Shown: positions 39,622 to 48,264, counted from the stretch's first letter. The stretch is DNA of 49,768 nt from Rickettsiales bacterium (GCA_049314715.1 JBMOEL010000001.1:1-49768), one strand, 5' to 3'. Notes: a model not told the origin generated them from the sequence alone. A program made the numbers and translations.

Positions 39622-39858
39622 ATGCAAAAAGATTCTAAATTCTTCGAAGATGTTGCCAAACTGACCTCAGGCGCGGCAGGCGTGTTTATGGATATGAAGC
39701 GCGAAGTAGAATCCATGGTCGCGGACTGTTTGGAGCGCTTCATGGCGAAAGAGCGTTTTGTTACGCGTGAGGAATTTGAGGCCGTCAAAGCCATGGCGCA
39801 AAAAGCGCGCGAGGAAAATGAGGCGCTCAAGGCAGAACTTGAGAAGATGAAGGGTTAG
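39622..39858 (+). CDS. ubiK: Accessory factor UbiK / BMFP (YqiC) family protein
   Basis: A 78-aa coiled-coil protein reading FFEDVAKLTSGAAGV...FVTREEFEAVKAMAQKAREENEALKAELEKM. Confidence 0.8.
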   Translation: MQKDSKFFEDVAKLTSGAAGVFMDMKREVESMVADCLERFMAKERFVTREEFEAVKAMAQKAREENEALKAELEKMKG

Positions 39859-40647
39859 TTACTGTAAACCGAAATAAAGCGGGCAGCGTTTAGCGGTATC
39901 TGATAGATTATAGTTCGCAGCGGTCGTGTCACCATCTGCACAGTTTGGCCACCATGCCGAAGTTGCTTTGGCAACGAAGATACCGCCCGTGGCGGGCATA
40001 CCATCATCTAACTTTAAATCTATATTCCATGCCTCTTCAGGCTTCAGAGCCGGACCACCCGCAAGTACCATGACATTGCCAGGATAGGAGCCGTCAAACC
40101 ATATTGCATGGCCAGTGACTGAACCATCTAGCTGGTGCACTTCCCATCGCACATTATTTCCGCCGACTGTAGGTTTTGGAACGTTAACCCCTGGCGCAGC
40201 ATTCATGGTGGGCGCCGTAGTAGAGGCACCCGTGAATCGCCCCTCGATCAATCCCGCGGCAGCCATTTGCTGCCATGTCAAAAAACGCTCCCCGTTGGAC
40301 GTATCTCCGGAAATGCCTTCCATGAATCCATCGCCGTTACCGTTGCATGTAGCATTTCCTGTGCCGGCTGTTTGGTGGCACGTTACATCACTTCCCGTGC
40401 CCGCCTTCACGCCCCAATAATTGGTGGCATCGCTTAAATCTCCAGGCCAACCTGCATACTTACTGCGAAACGCGTAAAGCGCATTCTTATATTTTTGTGA
40501 TTGTGAAATTGCCGTCTTCACTTCGGTATTACGAATCAGCGACGCGCCTGCCATGATACCGCCGACAATTAGCCCCATGATGACAAGGACGATAGAAAGC
40601 TCGACAAGTGTGAAGGCATTGCGATGCATGCGGTCTCTTCTTTTCAT
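39859..40647 (-). CDS. Type IV pilin/pseudopilin-like protein with prepilin-type N-terminal signal (paralogue 2)
   Basis: MKRRDRMHRNA/FTLVELSIVLVIMGLIVGGIMAG has Phe+1 and Glu+5 but Ala rather than Gly at -1. The C-terminal domain is paralogous to 14381-15115. An alternative start lies at 40629. Confidence 0.8.
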   Translation of the reverse strand: MKRRDRMHRNAFTLVELSIVLVIMGLIVGGIMAGASLIRNTEVKTAISQSQKYKNALYAFRSKYAGWPGDLSDATNYWGVKAGTGSDVTCHQTAGTGNATCNGNGDGFMEGISGDTSNGERFLTWQQMAAAGLIEGRFTGASTTAPTMNAAPGVNVPKPTVGGNNVRWEVHQLDGSVTGHAIWFDGSYPGNVMVLAGGPALKPEEAWNIDLKLDDGMPATGGIFVAKATSAWWPNCADGDTTAANYNLSDTAKRCPLYFGLQ

Positions 40648-40919
40648 GGCTTCACCCTACTCTAACTAGGATATGCTTTCACTATGAATTTTTATCACAC
40701 TCACCATCCCTTGATAAAAATATTGAATGTCACACCATATTTTGATGGATTTCGCCAAAATCTTATGTTCTATTTTGCCTGTGCCGCGGCGGTTCTCGCC
40801 GAAGAGCACGGACAGTCGCTTGGATTAAGTAAGAGGCGTTTGGACCGTGACTCTGCACATCTCTTATTTGTCTGGCTACCGTCGTCACTAAGATCTTTGA
40901 GATCACGAAGGGAGTATCT

Positions 40920-41417
40920 ATGTCCGCTGTTGCTTTCCAAGAAACCCTGCCTAATCCTCTCGACCTTGCTGAAGAACTTATTCAAAATCGCGAATGGCTC
41001 TGCGACCGCCCGATTGACGAAGAATTGGTTGCCGAAGTCCAATCCAGCTGGTGCAATTACCGCATCTGGTTCACCTGGCAGGCGGATTTAGGCGCGCTGA
41101 TATTTTCTTGCGCCTTTGAAACCAAGATTCCTGAAAAGCAACGCGCGAAGCTCTACCCACTTTTGGCGAAAGTGAATGAGAAAATGTGGCTAGGCCATTT
41201 CGATATGGGTGCGGATGATGGGCTCATTATGTTCCGTCACGCCATGTTATTGCGCGGCGGCCAAGGCGCGACCAGCGAACAAATGGAAGACTTGCTCGAC
41301 ATCGCCATCTCTGAGTGCAACCGATTCTATCCTGCCTTCCAGTCTGTCATGTGGGGTGGCAATACGACCGAGGATGCGCTTGAAATTGCGCTGATGGATA
41401 CGGTCGGCGAAGCGTAG
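40920..41417 (+). CDS. YbjN domain-containing protein
   Basis: A GGGAG RBS precedes the start. The protein is acidic and about 165 aa (...WCNYRIWFTWQADLGALIFSCAFETKIPE...MWLGHFDM...). It holds the conserved position upstream of proC. Confidence 0.75.
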   Translation: MSAVAFQETLPNPLDLAEELIQNREWLCDRPIDEELVAEVQSSWCNYRIWFTWQADLGALIFSCAFETKIPEKQRAKLYPLLAKVNEKMWLGHFDMGADDGLIMFRHAMLLRGGQGATSEQMEDLLDIAISECNRFYPAFQSVMWGGNTTEDALEIALMDTVGEA

Positions 41418-41475
41418 GCGTTTTAATAAAATTGAAGATATCGACTAACGTGTTTTCGCACGCTACAATCCGTGG

Positions 41476-42249
41476 ATGGAATTCACGAGAGAACATCCTT
41501 TGCTGATTATCGGCGGTGGCAATATGGGCACGGCGCTGGCGACGCGCTGGCGTCAATGGTCGCCTCTGGTAGTCGAATCAAGTTCCCTGCGGCGCGGCAT
41601 TCTCAAAGACGAAGCCATTGAAAGCATCGAATCGCTCACATCCCTCACTGCGATACCGCGCGTTGCCGTATTGGCCGTGAAACCGCAAAACTATCACGAG
41701 ATTAAGCCAACACTCGCGAAGTGGCCCGACGATACGCTGGTGATTTCCATTATGGCGGGCGTGCCGCTCAACGCCTTGCCTAAAAACAGCGTGCGCGTTA
41801 TGCCCAATACGCCTGCCTTAATTGGTCAGGGAATGAGTGTCTGTTGTGGTCTGAATATCTCAGACGAGCACCAGCGCATCACACAAGACTTATTCGCCGC
41901 AGGCGGTGAAGTCTGCTGGGTGAAAGACGAACAGCTTATGCATGCCGTCACGGCGATTTCAGGTTCAGGCCCTGCTTATGTCTTTGCATTTATGGAAGCG
42001 CTAGAGCGCGCAGCAATTGGCTTGGGGCTGGACGCGCAGACCGCACATTTACTGGTCAAGCAAACCATGTTCGGTTCGGCCTGTATGGCTAATACCCCCT
42101 TTGCTGACGTGAGCAAATTGCGCGAGCAAGTCACCAGTAAAGGTGGTACGACAGAAGCGGCATTGGCTGTGCTTCTGCCGCAGTTACAAGCACTTATTGA
42201 TGCAACGACAGAGGCAGCGGCAGCGCGCTCCAAAGCCTTAAGCGCTTAA
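41476..42249 (+). CDS. proC: Pyrroline-5-carboxylate reductase
   Basis: Motifs seen: IIGGGNMGTAL, AVKPQ, VRVMPNTPALIGQGMS, VTSKGGTTEAAL. Confidence 0.93.
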   Translation: MEFTREHPLLIIGGGNMGTALATRWRQWSPLVVESSSLRRGILKDEAIESIESLTSLTAIPRVAVLAVKPQNYHEIKPTLAKWPDDTLVISIMAGVPLNALPKNSVRVMPNTPALIGQGMSVCCGLNISDEHQRITQDLFAAGGEVCWVKDEQLMHAVTAISGSGPAYVFAFMEALERAAIGLGLDAQTAHLLVKQTMFGSACMANTPFADVSKLREQVTSKGGTTEAALAVLLPQLQALIDATTEAAAARSKALSA

Positions 42250-42275
42250 ATTTTTGTTGCGCTGCACAATGAGGC

Positions 42276-42304
42276 TTGACAGGGGCAGACTTCCTCACTA
42301 TATT
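42276..42304 (+). promoter_or_regulatory. Near-consensus sigma-70 promoter of the phasin gene
   Basis: TTGACA (42276-42281), 17 nt, TATATT (42299-42304), about 58 nt upstream of the ATG at 42362. Confidence 0.55.
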
Positions 42305-42314
42305 GCGATGCAAT
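42302..42314. promoter_or_regulatory. Palindrome ATTGCgatGCAAT overlapping the -10/+1 of the phasin promoter (PhaR-type operator candidate)
   Basis: A perfect 5+3+5 dyad with a TGC-N3-GCA core. The same architecture occurs upstream of phaZ at 13026-13038. Confidence 0.35.
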
Positions 42315-42361
42315 AAAGCTGCACGGTGTAGCTTTAGTGGAACAATGAGATGGAGATAACC

Positions 42362-42814
42362 ATGGCTACCCATAACCCTTTCGCGGATGCGATGAAATTC
42401 TGGAGCGATTTTAAAGCTCCGCAGATGCCTGCAATGCCAGCGTTCGATATGAACAGCGTCACCTCGTTCAACCGTCGCAACGCAGAGGCTGCTTCGGCTG
42501 CTTCACAAGCGCTTGCTGAAAGCGCGCAAGCCATTGCTCGCCGTCAGGCGGAAGTGGCACGCTCACATGTTGAGAAAGTGCTTAAGACAACCAAAGACAT
42601 GCTGACGGGTGGTTCACCAGAAGTGAACACGGCAAAGCAAGTTGAGCTTGCAAAAACCTTCTTCGAAAACTCGCTCAGCAATCTGCGCGAAGTTTCGGAA
42701 CTGGTGAGTAAGTCAGGTTTCGAGGCGTTTGATGTGATCAATCGTCGCGCTGCTGAAAGCTTAGACGAAATGACCAGCTTCACGGCGAAGCCTTCGAAGA
42801 AAAATGCTGCCTAG
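42362..42814 (+). CDS. phaP: Phasin family protein (PHA granule-associated)
   Basis: GGAG lies upstream of the ATG at 42362. The protein is helical, Ala-rich and about 150 aa (FADAMKFWSDFK...NRRNAEAASAASQALAESAQAIARRQAEV...), typical of alphaproteobacterial phasins. Confidence 0.85.
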   Translation: MATHNPFADAMKFWSDFKAPQMPAMPAFDMNSVTSFNRRNAEAASAASQALAESAQAIARRQAEVARSHVEKVLKTTKDMLTGGSPEVNTAKQVELAKTFFENSLSNLREVSELVSKSGFEAFDVINRRAAESLDEMTSFTAKPSKKNAA

Positions 42815-42845
42815 TCTTTAATTCGCTCAAGCGGCGCTGGGCGTT

Positions 42846-42898
42846 AGCTCGAATATAAGTGGTTCTTTGCCTCGCCTCTCTCCACTTCGTTTCGAGCT
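42846..42898 (+). other. Long hairpin in the phasin 3' UTR
   Basis: AGCTCGAAtatAAGTGG (42846-42862) pairs with CCACTTcgtTTCGAGCT (42882-42898), giving 8+6 bp with a 3x3 internal loop. Confidence 0.5.
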
Positions 42899-42934
42899 CG
42901 TCCTCAATGGACGTCGAAGCGTCGGTTTGTAGTG
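42899..42934 (+). repeat. 36-nt structured intergenic repeat, copy B (hairpin CGTCC-tcaat-GGACG plus TCGAAGCGTCGGTTT)
   Basis: 31/36 identity to 25462-25497, with a compensatory stem change. Confidence 0.6.
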
Positions 42935-42949
42935 AAGAAACAGAATGAA

Positions 42950-42982
42950 ACGCCTCGTGGCAACACGGGGCGTTTTTATTTT
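42950..42982. terminator. Bidirectional rho-independent terminator (phasin / HExxH gene)
   Basis: ACGCCTCGTG-gcaa-CACGGGGCGT forms a 10 bp stem with one G.U pair, followed by TTTTTATTTT on the + strand. TTTCATTCTGTTTC follows on the - strand. It overlaps the TAA of the convergent gene. Confidence 0.8.
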
Positions 42983-43917
42983 CTCTGCCTACTGGGTGCA
43001 TATGCATCCACATGCGGCGGCGGCTCAATATGGCCCAAACTTGCTATTGAATAAGGTACTGCCGTGAAACCCATCGTGGCAGAGGGCGTCTCTGTTCGGT
43101 TGAATAAAAGGGTACCTGCGCCTCTCATGTGTGGATCTACGAAGATAACATTAGTATATACACCTTGAGGTGGTTCTGTAGATGGGAAGTATTTAGCGCG
43201 AAGCGCATCTGTGTAAGACGTACTATCTTGCTCATCTCGCCCTATGGTACCATAGGTATAAATATCGCTTAATGATTGCCGCCCCGAGACAACTCCATCA
43301 GTTCGTAATCGAGCGACGCGCGCTTCTGTGGGAACTGCGGTTATAGCTCTCATAAGCGGTGAACTGTAATCATCTACTACGCTACGGTCCATCAATATAG
43401 CTGGACGGATAACAATCTGCGCTAACGCCTCAAAACGCGTGCGTGCGCGACCAAGAGAAACTAGCCTATCAGCACTACTATTCAGCGATGTCATTTCGTT
43501 TGATTCGGGCGAATACCCCGTCATTCGACACACACTCAATACCGTCTGTGTCTCGATATCTGTACGATCATCTGCAATATGGTAGAGTTCGTGAATAAGC
43601 GTGGAGGTTAAGCTGGATTTAATGGGGCCAAATCTACTGTTGTATCCACGCGTGCGTTCATCTTGGAATGAAATATGCAAAACTTGTCGCATCGCGGAAC
43701 CTGTGCCAATCTCTTCGATTTCAGTGCCCCTTCCAGATGTTGAGTGATCGATTGCAATTGGCTGATTGCCGTTACGACGAAAGGCTTGTTCAAAAAGAGT
43801 GCGTCCTTCTCCATCCGTGAATTCCCAAATCTGGTCAAGAGAGCGCAAGAGAGCGCGGCGCTCTTCTCCAACAATAGCAGGAGAAATATTGAAATAGTGT
43901 TCCCAAGGTTTGCTCAT
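42976..43917 (-). CDS. Hypothetical protein with HExxH zinc-metallopeptidase motif (HELYH)
   Basis: A 313-aa ORF with no signal peptide or TM segment. TLIHELYHIADD is encoded at 43579-43593. It lies 34 nt downstream of, and co-oriented with, the histidine kinase gene. Confidence 0.6.
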   Translation of the reverse strand: MSKPWEHYFNISPAIVGEERRALLRSLDQIWEFTDGEGRTLFEQAFRRNGNQPIAIDHSTSGRGTEIEEIGTGSAMRQVLHISFQDERTRGYNSRFGPIKSSLTSTLIHELYHIADDRTDIETQTVLSVCRMTGYSPESNEMTSLNSSADRLVSLGRARTRFEALAQIVIRPAILMDRSVVDDYSSPLMRAITAVPTEARVARLRTDGVVSGRQSLSDIYTYGTIGRDEQDSTSYTDALRAKYFPSTEPPQGVYTNVIFVDPHMRGAGTLLFNRTETPSATMGFTAVPYSIASLGHIEPPPHVDAYAPSRQRK

Positions 43918-43951
43918 CGTAGAAGTCTATACTATTCGATTTAACAATAGG

Positions 43952-45310
43952 TTAACTGCGAACCACTTCACGTGGCAGACGAACGGTCACCTCAAGGCCG
44001 TTGATTTTACCGCGACTATCCTTCTGATTCTCAAGCGCAATATCACCGCCATGGCTTTGAGCGACGTCGCGGGCGATGGAAAGCCCTAGCCCAACGCCGC
44101 CTGTTTTAATGTTACGCGAGGACTCTAGTCGTAGGAATGGCTTAAAGACATCTTGTTGCTTAGCGTCTGGGATTCCCTCACCTTCGTCGCGCACTTTCAT
44201 GCGCACGAATGTTGCGCTGACTTCAAGCGATACATGTGCAGCTTTGCCATAACGCAATGCGTTATCGATAAGATTTTGGATACACCGCCGCATCGCTTGC
44301 GGTCGTATATTCAGCGTCACCGCTTCACAGGGCGCGAGAGTTACGGCACGAGATTGGCGCGTATAATTTTCCACCACATCCGCAAGCAATAGATGCATGG
44401 GCACAGGCTCCATTGTTTCTCCTGCGTCTCCACGCGCGAAGTCGAGATATTCGTCGATCATATGGCGCATTTCTTCGATATCCGCATGCAGTGCATCGCG
44501 CGTTTGGGCATCGATTTTTCCCATTTCGATTTCGAGCTTCATGCGGGTGAGTGGCGTGCGCAAATCATGCGAAATGCCTGCGAGCATTTCCGTGCGCGAC
44601 TGAACGGCACGACGCACGCGGTCCGCCATGGTGGTGAAAGCGCGCCCTGCCCTGCGCACTTCGCTGGCGCCACGTGGCGTATAGGCTTGCACATCTTGCC
44701 CTAGGCCGAATTGCTCAGCGACACGCGCAAGCTGAACGATTGGGCGAATCTGGTTACGTAAGAACACAACAGCGATGGCCGTGAGTAGCAGCGCGGTGCC
44801 CACCATCCACAAAATGAAAATATAGGTGGTGGAGCTAGCAAGGCGCTTGCGATCCATCGTGATACGCAAGATACCGACATCGGTTTTTACACTCACGCGC
44901 ACCTGTTTGCCGGAAGCCACTTCGCTGACACGAACCGGAAAATCAATGACCCTATCAAGATTCAAACTGAATTCATGAAAGCGCAGCGCGTCTGTTTTGC
45001 TTCCCATTGCCGCTTCTGCCCCACGATCTAAACGTAAGCGCATACCCATACCAAGCGCTAAGGGCTGCATACGCTCCATCGCCGCTTCACTGCCCAATAA
45101 GATACGGTTGCGCTCAAATTCATTCACAAGCAGCGCGACATTTCCTGATGCGGCAGAGGACAAATTACGCACCACCGAATCCCAATGCCTCTCATAAAAA
45201 ATATAGGCCACCATGAGCTGCAAAATCACGACGGGCACGATGAGAATCATCAGTGCTCGGCCAAATAAACTGGTCGGCAAGAAGCGTTTGATGATACGGC
45301 TAATGCTCAT
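43952..45310 (-). CDS. Sensor histidine kinase (EnvZ-like: 2 TM, HAMP, HisKA, HATPase_c)
   Basis: The H-box is AGISHDLRTPLTRM, the N-box NLIDNALRYG, G1 DEGEGIP and G2 GGVGLGLSIA. Confidence 0.92.
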   Translation of the reverse strand: MSISRIIKRFLPTSLFGRALMILIVPVVILQLMVAYIFYERHWDSVVRNLSSAASGNVALLVNEFERNRILLGSEAAMERMQPLALGMGMRLRLDRGAEAAMGSKTDALRFHEFSLNLDRVIDFPVRVSEVASGKQVRVSVKTDVGILRITMDRKRLASSTTYIFILWMVGTALLLTAIAVVFLRNQIRPIVQLARVAEQFGLGQDVQAYTPRGASEVRRAGRAFTTMADRVRRAVQSRTEMLAGISHDLRTPLTRMKLEIEMGKIDAQTRDALHADIEEMRHMIDEYLDFARGDAGETMEPVPMHLLLADVVENYTRQSRAVTLAPCEAVTLNIRPQAMRRCIQNLIDNALRYGKAAHVSLEVSATFVRMKVRDEGEGIPDAKQQDVFKPFLRLESSRNIKTGGVGLGLSIARDVAQSHGGDIALENQKDSRGKINGLEVTVRLPREVVRS

Positions 45311-45999
45311 ATGCCGTCCGTGTAGAGTACGTAGCCTTCATGCCGAATCGTTTGGATAAAAGCAGGCTTGCTTGGGTTGGTCTCGACCTTCTTACGTAGG
45401 CGATTAATTTGCACATCGATGGAGCGCTCATTATGCACATCGCCAATTAATGCTGCCATACGTTCGCGTGCAACGGGTTGTCCTGCATGTTGAGCGAGAA
45501 TTTTCAAACAGGCCTGTTCGCTGGTAGTGAGATACACAGGGCCGTCTTGATGTAGCAGCCTGCCCGTATCAAGGTGGAATTTATATGGGCCAAAACGCAC
45601 CGTATTGCTGGGCGTTTGTTTCTGTGTGCGGGCAATGAGTTTTTCTAAACGCAGCGCAAGCTCGCGCGGCGCAAACGGTTTTGCCAGATAATCTTCTGCG
45701 CCTGCCTCAAGCCCTTCAATGCGCTCGTCTTGTTCACCGCGTGCAGTGAGCATTAAGACGGGCACATCACGCCCCTCGCGCTTCAGGCGACGCGCATATT
45801 CCGTCCCCTGCTCGCCCGGCATCATCACATCTAGCACCACGGCATCGAGTGCAAAGACTTTCATTAACTGGTCGGCCTGTTTTGTGTCTGCTGCAGTCGA
45901 GATATGATAGCCTTGTTCGCTCAGATATTGCTGCAGCAATTGACGCAGACGATCATCGTCGTCGACCACCAAGACATGTTGTGCTGTTGCTGCTGTCAT
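45307..45999 (-). CDS. OmpR-family response regulator
   Basis: It has a receiver domain (VLVVDDDDRL...LDVMMPG...AKPF) and a winged-helix output (VRFGPYKF...LTTSEQACLKIL...IQTIRHEGYVL). The start ATG at 45999 overlaps the smr stop (ATGA), and its stop overlaps the HK start (ATGA). The extension to 46104 looks spurious. Confidence 0.93.
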   Translation of the reverse strand: MTAATAQHVLVVDDDDRLRQLLQQYLSEQGYHISTAADTKQADQLMKVFALDAVVLDVMMPGEQGTEYARRLKREGRDVPVLMLTARGEQDERIEGLEAGAEDYLAKPFAPRELALRLEKLIARTQKQTPSNTVRFGPYKFHLDTGRLLHQDGPVYLTTSEQACLKILAQHAGQPVARERMAALIGDVHNERSIDVQINRLRKKVETNPSKPAFIQTIRHEGYVLYTDGI

Positions 46000-46442
46000 T
46001 TCTTCCGTTTCATGAGCACGCGGTACGCGCCCTCGCCACCTTCTCTGGGCGTAGCATAGGTCAGCGCAAGAATGAAGGGGCGAAGTGAGGGTACGTCCAA
46101 CCATTTGGGTACGGCAGCGCGCAATATGCCCTTTCCCTTGCCTGTAATAATCAACAGTGTGCGTGCTTCATTAGCTATGGCGGTCTTCATAAAGCGGGTT
46201 AGTGCGCGATGTGCCGCGTCTTCGCTCATACCATGCAGGTCAAGAGTTGCGTCGATAGGAGCGGTGAGGCGTTTCGTATCAATCGCTGTGATTTGACCTA
46301 GCTGAACGGGTCGCGCAGCGACCGACTTTTTACTCGTGGGACTAGGTTCTGCTTGTTTTTTGGGTGCTGATGTTTTTGGTTTCTGGCCATTTTCGATGAG
46401 CCATTCCTCACGCTCCTGCTCTGTGAGGTCGCGCTTTTTCAT
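45996..46442 (-). CDS. Smr domain-containing protein
   Basis: LDLHGMSEDAAHRALTRFM...LLIITGKGKG.LR..VP.WL is an Smr/MutS2 C-terminal-type domain. Confidence 0.85.
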   Translation of the reverse strand: MKKRDLTEQEREEWLIENGQKPKTSAPKKQAEPSPTSKKSVAARPVQLGQITAIDTKRLTAPIDATLDLHGMSEDAAHRALTRFMKTAIANEARTLLIITGKGKGILRAAVPKWLDVPSLRPFILALTYATPREGGEGAYRVLMKRKK

Positions 46443-47540
46443 TTAGAAAACGTCTAGAAATTTGAGGCTCACACCCTGTGTGTTGGGCAAGAGCCAAAAT
46501 ACTTCACCCAGTGCATTTTGATGTCCTGCCTGCCATTCCTCAAATTCGCCACGGCCAAAAAAGATGTCGCCGCGATGTGCGCCAATCAGTGCACCGCCTG
46601 TATCTTGTGCCACCATAAGCCGCTGATAGGGGGCTTCATAGCCGCGTGCATTATGGCTCATGGTGGCAATGTAAATGGGCACTCCATAGGTTGATCGCTC
46701 ATCATCCACAGCGAGCGAGCGCCCCGCCGTTAGTGGAATACCCAGTGCGCCTTTGGCCATTTCGTCGCCTGGTGATTTCTTGAAGAAGATGTAGGATGGA
46801 TTTGTATTCATAATACGCTGTGCATCGCGTGGATTGGCATAAAGCCAGTCACGAATGGTCTGCATGGTTACTTCTTCAAGCAGCCCCTCTTGCTTCATCA
46901 CACGCCCAATGGCGATATAGTTATGCCCATTTTGACCTGCGTAATTAATGCCGACGATGCGCCCATCTGGCAAGCGCACCTTGCCCGAGCCTTGGATGTG
47001 TAAGAAAAACAGCATGACGGGATCATCGACATAGAGCAACACGGGGGCGCGGCCACGCAACGCACCTGCTTCAATGGCCGCACGTGATGGAAAGGTTGAG
47101 CCGCTTGGCATCCCATACACGGGGGTTTGGTAGCGCCCTTCGCGTTTGAGTGAGCCGCGCAGAAGTGGCTCATAATATCCTGTAAGGCGCCCTTTATCAC
47201 TCGCGGGGGTGGTGACGCGGTAAGGCGTAAAATTCGCCTCAAAAAACTGGCGGGCTTCGCCGTCTGTTGGGTTAGAGAAACGATAGGTCAGGGCACAGAC
47301 ATTGCGCCATGCGGTGCGGTTGCCAATGACATTTCCCGCTTTGGTGATGTAGGCGCTACTGCGTTTATCATTCACACGGCATGAATCGACAAACACCTTA
47401 TAGGCCTCAGCGTGCTTGTCGTTTCTCCAGCCAGAGATTTCGTCATAGCTTGCTTGGGTAAGAATGGCTTTATTGGGGTCGCCCTCGTAGCCTGAACAGG
47501 CAGCAAGTAGCATCAAGGATAGCAGCATGAGATGTTTCAT
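46443..47540 (-). CDS. mltA: Membrane-bound lytic murein transglycosylase A
   Basis: It has a lipobox (LLAA/C) and MltA plus 3D domain motifs (TGYYEP, FFLHIQGSG, YIFF, AVD....G.P....). The TAA is followed immediately by the smr ATG. Confidence 0.9.
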   Translation of the reverse strand: MKHLMLLSLMLLAACSGYEGDPNKAILTQASYDEISGWRNDKHAEAYKVFVDSCRVNDKRSSAYITKAGNVIGNRTAWRNVCALTYRFSNPTDGEARQFFEANFTPYRVTTPASDKGRLTGYYEPLLRGSLKREGRYQTPVYGMPSGSTFPSRAAIEAGALRGRAPVLLYVDDPVMLFFLHIQGSGKVRLPDGRIVGINYAGQNGHNYIAIGRVMKQEGLLEEVTMQTIRDWLYANPRDAQRIMNTNPSYIFFKKSPGDEMAKGALGIPLTAGRSLAVDDERSTYGVPIYIATMSHNARGYEAPYQRLMVAQDTGGALIGAHRGDIFFGRGEFEEWQAGHQNALGEVFWLLPNTQGVSLKFLDVF

Positions 47541-47592
47541 GCGGCGAGTAAACTGGATTTCTAGCAGGACTTGAACGATAAAATGATAGAAA

Positions 47593-48264
47593 TTAGGTTT
47601 CTACAATCATCCAGTTCGGACTTGAGGATGTTAGGTCACGCTCAAAGATCCATTCATCATCCATCACATCAACATCTGATGGGTTACCTTGGGTAATCGA
47701 ACCCGCGCTATCACGCACGATGTGGATTTGCTCGCTGTCAAATTTTACCGTGATGCGCGCTTTTTTACCATTTAGCGTTGCAAGCTTAATATCTGCCTTG
47801 TTGATGGCAACTAGCGTCGTCTGGTGTGTAATATTCTGCTGCTTTTGTGTTTCGATGGCTTCGTTGAAATTCTCGTAGACATCGCGTGCTAGCAATAATT
47901 TTAAGGTATCGTGGTCGCGCTCATTGAAGGCCTTAATGACCATTTCAAAGGCCATTTTTGCCCCCGTGATAAAATCCTCAGGCGAGAAATCGGTATCCAC
48001 TGCGCGCATCTGCTTGAACGAAGCGGCCAGTAACTCTGGATAAGAGGTTTCGGGTATTTCGGTCTTTTTTGCGCTTTCGCGCTCGACTAATTTTACTACC
48101 GGTTCCATGGCGGCAGCGGCTGCTTTTTGGCGCTCTTGCAAGGTGCGTTGAATTTCTGAAGGGTCACGACCTGCGTCCGAGCCCAGCATGGAGCGGTAGC
48201 GCAAAATCACAAAGGCTGCGATTGCGCCGATCACGATAATGTCGCCGTATTGGAAGCCTTCCAC
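47593..48264 (-). CDS. Tim44-like domain protein
   Basis: I prefer the GTG at 48264, which lies 7 nt after AGGAG. It has an N-terminal TM anchor (IIVIGAIAAFVILRY) and a Tim44-like C-domain (FITGAKMAFEMVIKAFNERDHDTLKLLL...W.F.RD). The ORF extension to 48525 looks spurious. Confidence 0.8.
   Translation of the reverse strand: MEGFQYGDIIVIGAIAAFVILRYRSMLGSDAGRDPSEIQRTLQERQKAAAAAMEPVVKLVERESAKKTEIPETSYPELLAASFKQMRAVDTDFSPEDFITGAKMAFEMVIKAFNERDHDTLKLLLARDVYENFNEAIETQKQQNITHQTTLVAINKADIKLATLNGKKARITVKFDSEQIHIVRDSAGSITQGNPSDVDVMDDEWIFERDLTSSSPNWMIVET

Noticed and set aside
40684-41091. 135-aa ORF starting in the AT-rich region and overlapping ybjN in another frame
   Set aside because: It has no RBS and an implausible Leu/Ser/Arg-rich translation. 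The ybjN-family frame has a GGGAG RBS and a recognisable family sequence.
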